Origin: Polyangiaceae bacterium
GTDB taxonomy: Bacteria; Myxococcota_A; Polyangia; Polyangiales; Polyangiaceae
Length of the DNA stretch: 50,000 nucleotides
Reading direction: 5' to 3'
Assembly (NCBI GenBank): GCA_035063585.1
Contig: JAPSGB010000033.1
Coordinates: 1 to 50,000 of the forward strand
This document shows positions 43,401-50,000 of this stretch, piece after piece; within the stretch, counting starts at the first letter, position 1; every line of letters begins with the position of its first letter. The notes beneath the pieces were generated by a model. It was not told the DNA's origin. It ran no database searches and was given only the letters and a program-made list of their open reading frames with translations. The position numbers and the translations under genes are program-made.

Positions 43401-45713
43401 CTCCTCGCCCACGTAGACGCCAAGCTCGGCGCGGTGGCCGGCGATCCGACGCTCATCGCGGCGCACTACACGCGTCTCGCCGAGGCGCTCGAGGCGTCCG
43501 GAGACGCCTCCGCGCTCGACGCCTTCCGCGCCGCGCTCGCGCGCGATCCGGAGAACCTCGGCGCGGCGAGCGGGCTCGCGCGCATCGCGCGGAGCCGCGC
43601 CGAGCCGGCGCTCCTCGAGGAAGCGGCGGAGCGGGTCGCGGGCGTGGTGCGCGACCGCGCGGGCGCGGCGGCGCTCCTGGTGCGCTCGGCCGAGCTGCGC
43701 GAGCGCGAGCCAGATGCCCCCGGTGCGCTTCGAGCGCTCAGGCGTGCCCTCGAGATTCTGCCCGACGACGAGCGGGCGGCCGAGGGGCTCCTCCGGGTCG
43801 CGCTCGGGCTCGGCCAGCCGGAGCGCGCGCTCGACGCCCTCACCGCCGCCGCGCAGAGCGCCCGGAGCCCCGACCGGATCGGCGCGCTCTGGGCGAGCGT
43901 GGCCGGCGTGCTCGCGGAGCAGAAGCGCGACGTGCCGGCGGCGCTCGCGGCGCTCCATCGCGCCATCGAGCGGCTCCCGGGCCACCTGCCGACCCTGCTC
44001 GCGCTGGCCGGGCTCTACGCTCGCGATGGCCAATCGGCGGAGGCGGTCGATCGGCTGAAGCAGGTGCTCGCGCAGTCGCCGCCGCGCGAGACGATGATCC
44101 GGGCGCAGCTCGAGATGGCGAAGATCCTCGACGAGCGCCTCGGCGATCCGCAGCGCGCGCTCGCGAGCTTGAACGCCGTGCTGTCGGTGGACGCCGGCAA
44201 CCGCGAGGCGCTCGAGCGGCTGCTCGGCATCCAGACGCGTCGCGGCCAGACGGAGGCCGCGGCGGCCACCGCTGCGCTGCTGGTCGGCAACGCGCGCGAC
44301 GTCACCGAGCAGGCCTCGGCGCTCGCCTTTCTCGGGAGGCTCGAGCGCGAGCGTAAGCAGATGGAGGCGGCGCTCCGCGCGTACGAGCAAGCGGTCGCGC
44401 TGGTCGGCCCGGGTCCGGTGGCAGGCGAGATGCGCGCGGTGCTCGCGGAGCAGGCGAGCGCTGGACATCGCGCGGACTTCAGGCGCTACACCGGCGCGCT
44501 CTCGCGCTTCCTCGAACGCTCGACCGACCAGCCGGGGTCGCACGCGGCGGTCTATCTCGAGCTCGGCCGCGTGCTCGCCGACGAGCTCGGCGATCTCCCG
44601 CAGTCGGTCGCGATGCTCGAGCGCGGGGTGGCGGTCGCGCCGGACGACACCGCGCTCCGCACCGAGCTCGCGACGCGCCTCACCCGCGCCGGGCGCTTCG
44701 ATCAGGCCGTGGTCGAGCTCCGTAAGCTGCTCGACGTGGACGTGATGCGGGGCGACACCTGGCGCGAGCTCTCGAGCGCGCTGCGCGGCCTCGGTCGCGC
44801 CGACGAGGCCGACCGCGTGCTCGCGGCGCTGGCGGCGCTCGGCGTGGCGACCGATCTCGAGGCGGCCACGGTGTCGTCCCGCCCGCCACGCGCGGCGATG
44901 GCGGAGGCGGGGAGCTTCGACGCGGTCGCGTTCCACAACATCGACGCCTTGCCGCGGCAGAGTCCGGCGGTCGAGCTCCTCGCGTCGCTCGGCGAGACGC
45001 TGCCGAAGCTCTATCCGCCCGAGCTCGAGCGCTACGGCCTCACCGCGCGCGACAAGGTGACTCCTCGCTCGGGCCTGCCCATCCGCGCGCTCTCGGACCG
45101 CGTGGGGCAGATCTTCGGCGTGCTGGAGCACGATCTCTACCTCCACCGCGCGCACGCCGGGAGCATCGAGGTGGAGTTGACCGAGCCCCCCGCGCTCCTC
45201 GTGCCGGCGCACGTCGCGACGCTGAGCGAGCCGCAGCAGGTGTTCTTGCTGGCTCGGCCGCTCGCGAACATCGCGCGCGGGCTACACGCCCTGCATAAGC
45301 TCCCACCCGAGGCGCTCGAGCTGTTGCTCGCAGCGGCGGCGCGCGCCGTCGAGCCGAGCTACGGGAGCGGCCTCACCGACGACGAGTACCTCGCGGCGCA
45401 GGCGCGGCGGCTCCAGAAGGCGATCTCCCGCCGGGGCCGTCGCGTGATGGAGGAGGCCGCGCAGCTCTACGTGTCGAGCCCGCGCATCGACTTCGCCGAC
45501 TGGGTCTTCCGGGCGCGGCTCACCGCGCAGCGCGCCGCGGTGGTGGTGGCGGACGACTTGCCCGGCGCGGTGACGCTGGTGAGACGCACCGAGGGCGATC
45601 TCGCCGGGCTGCAGGGGGCGGCGCTCGCGCAAGGCATGGCGGGGGTGCGCGACATGCTCCGCTTCTGGGGCAGTGAGCACGCCGCCATCCTCAGGCGCAA
45701 GCTCGGGATATGA
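40407..45713 (+). CDS. Giant TPR-repeat protein with Pro-rich N-terminus
   Basis: Dozens of helical repeats (A...L.RLY....W.EL...L..E); typical myxobacterial architecture; ATG at 40407. Confidence 0.85.
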   Translation: MTDDDHPPGAPKGPPAPPRPPGKSRSMPPPAPRRGSVAPPPPPRAPLPPPPPARADSTGAHGLPPPPRVARAGAPPVASPAPPVASPAPPVASPAPPAAAPVEHLKTRVGLAPAAGEAPAAPAVDAREAEALASIACYEAELAGKPEPLRAGRLHYEIARLAEQVLRDPSRAGAHYRAAHANAPDLVPAIQGARRAAIAEKSYPAALALFEAEARLTSDPRGKARLAFERGRLLEEQMGQKREARAAYAAAAGLARSELTLLRAVERAESQAEAWGALAETLEREAQVVEGDARLRGALIAERARLAEAKQGDASGAIELYQSALAVDPRAPGALAALKRLLFDARRWRELVGVLEREATDSADLAVRAMALYRAGRVEVDRLGELDAGTALIERAAKVEPGDRMLLEELARLYELGGAHERLADVLERLVELTEGAGARAGLMHRIGQLAEERLGDEARARRWFTAALTEDSTYVPALQALGALFTRHAEWGPLVQMHLAEADALDDGARRAAAHARVAELFERRLGEPALAVEHHARALGILPGHAPSFKALARLYAEAGKHRELVELYERELERAADADARVTLLFKIGRLHEDALGAPAHALAAFRRILAVEPAHRGAIHAMQRAAERGELWRELIEALELEASVEKEPALVSALLHRAGEVSDERLGDHEGALMRFRKVIAKDPRFAPALSSLGRLYYRLARWEELVEIYRKELETVPRGAASAALLFKIGELAEERLGSSERAVAAYREAVEADPFHAPALHALERKLAELGSWQELCKLLELELSSVTEGGRRARTALRLGEVYESRLGAPEKALAAYEQALAASPAFRPALDGRVRLLTQAREHQRLVEALEHEVQAAADSGLAIAALLRRGEVLRDELGERARATACFEAVLERAPEHLGALRALEPLYAEVGAWEALAGIYSTEARVFADLPSRVAALAELARVQESKGVGSSAELRQTYFAILQLAPTDEHALTALERLALEAGDAALLAHVDAKLGAVAGDPTLIAAHYTRLAEALEASGDASALDAFRAALARDPENLGAASGLARIARSRAEPALLEEAAERVAGVVRDRAGAAALLVRSAELREREPDAPGALRALRRALEILPDDERAAEGLLRVALGLGQPERALDALTAAAQSARSPDRIGALWASVAGVLAEQKRDVPAALAALHRAIERLPGHLPTLLALAGLYARDGQSAEAVDRLKQVLAQSPPRETMIRAQLEMAKILDERLGDPQRALASLNAVLSVDAGNREALERLLGIQTRRGQTEAAAATAALLVGNARDVTEQASALAFLGRLERERKQMEAALRAYEQAVALVGPGPVAGEMRAVLAEQASAGHRADFRRYTGALSRFLERSTDQPGSHAAVYLELGRVLADELGDLPQSVAMLERGVAVAPDDTALRTELATRLTRAGRFDQAVVELRKLLDVDVMRGDTWRELSSALRGLGRADEADRVLAALAALGVATDLEAATVSSRPPRAAMAEAGSFDAVAFHNIDALPRQSPAVELLASLGETLPKLYPPELERYGLTARDKVTPRSGLPIRALSDRVGQIFGVLEHDLYLHRAHAGSIEVELTEPPALLVPAHVATLSEPQQVFLLARPLANIARGLHALHKLPPEALELLLAAAARAVEPSYGSGLTDDEYLAAQARRLQKAISRRGRRVMEEAAQLYVSSPRIDFADWVFRARLTAQRAAVVVADDLPGAVTLVRRTEGDLAGLQGAALAQGMAGVRDMLRFWGSEHAAILRRKLGI
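40626..40696 (+). repeat. In-frame 21-bp tandem repeat (PPVASPA x3)
   Basis: GCGCCGCCGGTCGCGTCGCCC repeated three times within the TPR gene. Confidence 0.8.
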
Positions 45714-45972
45714 GCGCGGCGCGCCGAGGGGGCTCGCTCGTCCCCCGGCGGTGAGCCCTCGAACGCCGAGTCGAAGGCTCGGAGCGCGCCCGGAGCCACC
45801 GCGCCCATCATCGGGCCGTCCCGTCACGTGTGGCCGGCGCGCCCTCGAGCCGCGCGGGCGCGTCCCGGCAGCCATGCCGCGTGACCGCCCGCGCGGTGCC
45901 GCCGCCGGGCGAGTCGCGCTTCGTGGGCGGGAGTTCTCCGGTATACTGCCGCCCCCGTCCGCCCTCGACCTC

Positions 45973-46770
45973 ATGACCGACACCATCACCCACCGGGCGC
46001 TCGCGCCGCTCGCCGCCATCGGCGCCTTCGGCTCGCACCTCGCGCTCGTGGTCGGGGGGATGGGGGTGATGTTCGGGCGGATCCTGGCGCGCCTCGTCTT
46101 GCTCCGCTTCGACCGCAGCGAGCTCCTCCGCAACATGCACAAGATGGGCGTGAAATCGCTCCCCATCGTGGTCGTGACGGCGCTCTTCACGGGCGGCATC
46201 ATGGTCATCCAGGCGACCCCCGTCGTGGAGCGGGTCGGCGCGCAGGCGCTGCTCGGCTGGGGCGCCGGGTTCGGCACGCTGCGCGAGATCGGTCCGCTCC
46301 TCACCGCGCTCATGATCAGCGGTCGGGTCGGCGCGAACAACACCGCGGAGCTCGGCACGATGGTGGTCACCGAGCAGATCGACGCGCTCCGCGCCCTCGC
46401 CATCGATCCCATCAACTTCCTCATCGCGCCGCGCTTCATCGGCATCGTGGTCACCCTCTTCCTGTCCACCATCTACGCCGATGCGCTCGCGCTCTTCGGC
46501 GCGGCCTACGCCGGGCTCGGGCTGCTCGGGGTCGAGCCGCTGGTGTTCCTCCACGGGCTCACGGGGGGGCTGCTCGGCCTGGGCGACGTCTTCCACGGGC
46601 TCATCAAGAGCGTGGTATTCGGGGTGATCATCGCGCTCTCGAGCTGTCAGTTCGGGATCTCCACCACCGGCGGTGCGCCGGGCGTGGGCCGGGCCGTCAA
46701 CGCGACGGTGGTCGTGAGCGCGGTAGGGATCTTCGTCTCGGACTACCTGGTCTCCTTCGCGATCGGCTGA
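45973..46770 (+). CDS. mlaE: MlaE/YrbE family ABC permease
   Basis: REIGPLLTALMISGRVGA...AELGTM.VTEQIDAL..LAIDP..FL..PR and GGAPGVG.A. Confidence 0.9.
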   Translation: MTDTITHRALAPLAAIGAFGSHLALVVGGMGVMFGRILARLVLLRFDRSELLRNMHKMGVKSLPIVVVTALFTGGIMVIQATPVVERVGAQALLGWGAGFGTLREIGPLLTALMISGRVGANNTAELGTMVVTEQIDALRALAIDPINFLIAPRFIGIVVTLFLSTIYADALALFGAAYAGLGLLGVEPLVFLHGLTGGLLGLGDVFHGLIKSVVFGVIIALSSCQFGISTTGGAPGVGRAVNATVVVSAVGIFVSDYLVSFAIG

Positions 46771-46772
46771 GC

Positions 46773-47618
46773 ATGACCGACACCGCACCGATGAGCAGCG
46801 CGGTCGGGCACATCGACGAGGAGGCCGTGGTGCCCGAGCGGCGAGGGCTCGCGCTCATCGGCGGGCTCGCGCTCGATCTGCTGATCTCGGGCAAGGAGCT
46901 CTACTCGATCTTCGTGAAGACGCTCTACTACACCGCCCGTGGCACGCGCGAGCGCGGGGCGGTCGTGCGGCAGATGTTCGAGATCGGTAACCGCTCGCTC
47001 GTCTTCCTGTGCGTGGTGATGGGCTTCATCGGCATGATCCTCGTCTACCAGGCGGGCCTGCAGATGCTGCGCGTCGTGCCGGAGCTGTCGCTGCTCGGCG
47101 CGACCTTCCTCGAGCTCATCATCCGCGATCTCTCCGCCAGCATCTGCGCGCTGATGCTGGCGACCCGCGTCGGCGCGGGGATCGCCGCGGAGATCGGCTC
47201 CATGGTGGTCACCGAGCAGGTCGACGCGCTGCGCATGTGCGCCGCCGACCCGATCGATTACCTCATCAAGCCGAGGTTCATCGCCAGCATCATCATGACC
47301 CTCATCCTGGTCGTCATCGCGACCTTCGTGGCGTTTCTCACCGGGATGTGGACCGGCTACATCTTCTTCGACATCAACCCGTTGACGTTCGCGAACCTGA
47401 GCTTGGTCGACGTGGGCGACGTCTCCATCGGGATCACCAAATGCTTCGTGTACGGGGCGGCCATCCCGGTCGTCAGCGGGCACTGCGGGCTGTCGACCTT
47501 CGGCGGCTCGGAGGGCGTCGGCTGGGCGACCACCCGCGCCGTGGTAAACTCGTCGCTCGCGGTCATCATGCTGAATTTCTTCATCAGCGGCGCCGGCTAC
47601 CTCATCTTCGGGAGCTGA
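46773..47618 (+). CDS. mlaE: MlaE/YrbE family ABC permease (second paralogue)
   Basis: ATRVGAGIAAEIGSM.VTEQVDAL...DPIDYL..PR and GGSEGVG.ATT.AVV. Confidence 0.9.
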   Translation: MTDTAPMSSAVGHIDEEAVVPERRGLALIGGLALDLLISGKELYSIFVKTLYYTARGTRERGAVVRQMFEIGNRSLVFLCVVMGFIGMILVYQAGLQMLRVVPELSLLGATFLELIIRDLSASICALMLATRVGAGIAAEIGSMVVTEQVDALRMCAADPIDYLIKPRFIASIIMTLILVVIATFVAFLTGMWTGYIFFDINPLTFANLSLVDVGDVSIGITKCFVYGAAIPVVSGHCGLSTFGGSEGVGWATTRAVVNSSLAVIMLNFFISGAGYLIFGS

Positions 47619-47659
47619 GGCAGCCCGCGCCGCCGGCCGCGACGGAGCGGCATCATCCC

Positions 47660-48319
47660 TCACTCGATGGGGATGCCGACCGGGTGCTGCGAGCACCACG
47701 AGTAGCAGCACTCGTCGAAGCCCTGCGAGCGACGCTGGCTGGTGTATGCGGGATCGAGGAGGGCGCCGGGCGGCACCGAGAAGGAGGTGGCTCGGGGCGG
47801 AGCGACGGCCACCGGGCAGCGGTCGAAGGGCGGGCTCGCGGGTTCGCTCGAGCCGCTCTCGAGCGTCGGCGCGCACCAGTGCTCGCGAAACGCGCGCACG
47901 GCACCGCAGCCGCCGTCGGAGCGCACCGTGCTCGGATCGACCAGCGCGAGCGGTGAACAGCGGCTGTAACAGCAGGCGTTGCCCGGCGGGGCGCGGAGCC
48001 GGATGTGGCGCGTGTAGTCCGGGTCGAAGCTCGCCACTCGCGGCGTCGGAGCGACCTCGCCGCCTTGGTCTTCGACCGCGGCGGGGCAGTCCTCGTAGGG
48101 CTCGAGCGCGGGCTTGCTCGACTGCCGCGGTAGGAGCTCGTCGCAGGTGAACTCGCGTACCTCATCGGGGCCGCAGGGCGTGCGCGGCGTCGCGCCGCTC
48201 GCCGAGGCGCTCTTCGCCTCGCCGGAGCACGCGCCGGCGAGGAGCGCGAGCGCCGCGGCGCGGAGAACCGGGCCGCCGAAGGCGAGCGCGAGGCGGCGAG
48301 CGCGGTCGGGCGTGGTCAT
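47660..48319 (-). CDS. Cys-rich lipoprotein with two internal repeats
   Basis: AGAC lipobox; two copies of C...P...P(Y/F)..CP.AV...DP.YT...R...CCYS.CS. Confidence 0.7.
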   Translation of the reverse strand: MTTPDRARRLALAFGGPVLRAAALALLAGACSGEAKSASASGATPRTPCGPDEVREFTCDELLPRQSSKPALEPYEDCPAAVEDQGGEVAPTPRVASFDPDYTRHIRLRAPPGNACCYSRCSPLALVDPSTVRSDGGCGAVRAFREHWCAPTLESGSSEPASPPFDRCPVAVAPPRATSFSVPPGALLDPAYTSQRRSQGFDECCYSWCSQHPVGIPIE

Positions 48320-48441
48320 GCGCCCGCGCATCATGGTCGAGTCGCCCGGCAAACGCACGAGGGGACTCTCACCCTGCTCGAGAACCGAGCGTCGCCGCTC
48401 ATGGGGAAGGGGACGCCTCGAGGGCGAGACAGCACGCGAGT

Positions 48442-49683
48442 TTGACCGTATGCTGGTCGGCCGTGCAGCTCTCGACGCTAGCCGGCCTTCTCGGGTCGGC
48501 TCCTCCCATCGCTCGTTGGTCGGGGGGGTCTGTGCCGGCGCGGCCGGCGGCGTGGGTCGTCGAGTGGGCGCGCCTCGGGGCGCTCGCGTTCCTCGCCGTC
48601 GCGTGCGCGAGCGCCGGAACGCGCGCGCCGAGCCCGGCGGAGTCGCAGCCGGGCGAGCGGTGCGTTCGTGCCGCGCGCGCCTGCGGCGATGAGGAGGCCT
48701 GTGCGCGCGCGTGCGAAAGTGGTGAGCTCGAGGCGTGCAGCAGCGTGCTCGCGGGCGCGCGCGCGCTCGAGGTGAGCCGGGGCAGTGTCGAGCGTGCTCG
48801 GCGCGCGCTGGTGCGCGCGTGCGGCGAAGCGCCCGCCTGCGGTTGTTATTTTCTCGCGGAGACGCCGGTCGAGGGTGGGAGCGAGGCGGACCGAGTCGGA
48901 CTCTTCCGTCGCTCGTGCGAGGCGGGTGGTGTCGAGGGCTGTGACGCGCTCTATGAGGCGGAGCTCGCGCGCTGCAACGCCGATCCGCCCGATCTTCGCG
49001 CGTGCGCTGCCGCGCGGCGAGTGCCCGGCGGCACGCCGAACGCGACCGGCGCGCCGCCCGCGTGGACCGGCGCGCTCGGTCAGCGTTGGTTCCTCGGCTG
49101 CTGGCGGCGCGCGCTCCGGCACGCGGACGAGCCTTCGCTCTACTGCTTCGACGAGTCGCGGTATTACGTGTGGCAGCCGCGCGGCGGCTGGGACGCGCTC
49201 GAGGTTCGCTTCACCCTCGAGGGCCTGAGCGGCGAGTGGGTCGGTCACGTCGGCGGGCAGCACGAGCTCCGGCTCGAGCCGCGCTCGCGGCGGGACACCG
49301 CGTGGTATCGCGGGCTCGACGTCGAGTACGGCTGGGGTGAGCTCAGCCGCTCGTGGGGCCGCCCCGGCGCGCTCGAGCGGCTCCCTCCGGCGCGGACTCG
49401 CGAGCTTCAGACGGTGCTCGCGCGGCTGCCGGACGTGGCACGGACGTGTCAGGCGGCGCGTCGCTGCGTCGCGGGCGTCGGAAGCGGGGCGGCGGGTGCC
49501 GCCCGCGCGGGCGCGGCGAGCGCCTGGGACTCGACGTCGGTCCCGAGCTTGCTCGAGTGTCGGGCGAGCGCCTCCCGCGCGGTCGCGAGCCACGCCTGGC
49601 GCGCCGGGCTCGCGCGGGCGCGCGGCGCGGCCGTGCCGGAGCTTCCGGCCGAGTGCGGCGCTGCCCTCGGCCGAGCCCAGTAG
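48442..49683 (+). CDS. Cys-rich hypothetical exported protein/lipoprotein
   Basis: LAVAC lipobox-like site and Sel1-like 'AC..G..E.C' segments; true start is probably downstream of 48442. Confidence 0.5.
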   Translation: MTVCWSAVQLSTLAGLLGSAPPIARWSGGSVPARPAAWVVEWARLGALAFLAVACASAGTRAPSPAESQPGERCVRAARACGDEEACARACESGELEACSSVLAGARALEVSRGSVERARRALVRACGEAPACGCYFLAETPVEGGSEADRVGLFRRSCEAGGVEGCDALYEAELARCNADPPDLRACAAARRVPGGTPNATGAPPAWTGALGQRWFLGCWRRALRHADEPSLYCFDESRYYVWQPRGGWDALEVRFTLEGLSGEWVGHVGGQHELRLEPRSRRDTAWYRGLDVEYGWGELSRSWGRPGALERLPPARTRELQTVLARLPDVARTCQAARRCVAGVGSGAAGAARAGAASAWDSTSVPSLLECRASASRAVASHAWRAGLARARGAAVPELPAECGAALGRAQ

Positions 49684-49814
49684 CCGCGCGTGGCGGGTTT
49701 GCCTCGCGATCAGGCCGTTTCGAACGGGGTCGGCGCGCCGCGCTTGCATTCGGCCGCGGGAGTGAGTACATCCCGCGCCCTGCCCGGCGGGCTCGCTCGC
49801 CAAACAGAGACCGC

Positions 49815-49898
49815 GCGAAGGTGGCGGAACTGGCAGACGCGCCAGATTCAGGTTCTGGTGGGGTTATTCCCGTGGAGGTTCAAGTCCTCTCCTTCGCA
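49815..49898 (+). tRNA. tRNA-Leu(CAG)
   Basis: Acceptor GCGAAGG/CCTTCGC-A, D-arm GGCGGAACTGGCAGACGC, anticodon arm CCAGA-TTCAGGT-TCTGG, long variable arm, T-arm GGAGGTTCAAGTCCTC; CCA not encoded. Confidence 0.97.
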
Positions 49899-50000
49899 CT
49901 GACGTCCGATGCCGAAGGTGTTCTCGGCGCGGGCCATCTCGGTCCGCCGGACTTCGGCCTGATGGTCGGCGCGGTTCGTCGTTCATGCAGGCTGAGCGGA

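Noticed and set aside
40194..45212. 1672-aa minus-strand ORF
   Set aside because: Antisense shadow of the TPR gene.
49899..50000. Possible integrative element downstream of tRNA-Leu
   Set aside because: Only about 100 bp visible; no integrase or duplicated tRNA 3' end seen in the window.

Overview
Very GC-rich bacterial DNA whose gene content points to a myxobacterium (likely Polyangiaceae/Sorangiineae): MglA-like GTPase, PilR and pilins, PEGA Ser/Thr kinase, giant TPR protein, extra DnaK. About 36 genes plus tRNA-Leu(CAG); no CRISPR array, integrase or transposase was seen. Housekeeping genes are argB, rimO, carA, pyrC, hutU, hutI and two mlaE paralogues. Most notable: (1) a sigma54/PilR pilin locus with four pilin-like genes and a pilG-like gene, interrupted by an antisense TMTC-like GT-C glycosyltransferase (candidate pilin O-glycosylation system); (2) a glycogen synthase homologue lacking essentially all catalytic motifs; (3) a J-domain/TPR-DnaK-wHTH-M1 peptidase-membrane protein operon downstream of an ECF/anti-sigma/lipoprotein operon; (4) a beta-propeller lipoprotein frameshifted within a (CG)5 tract; (5) an AT-rich 30-bp palindrome between convergent genes; (6) a kinase with an internal SD+ATG. 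All calls come from motif recognition by eye; no database searches were run.
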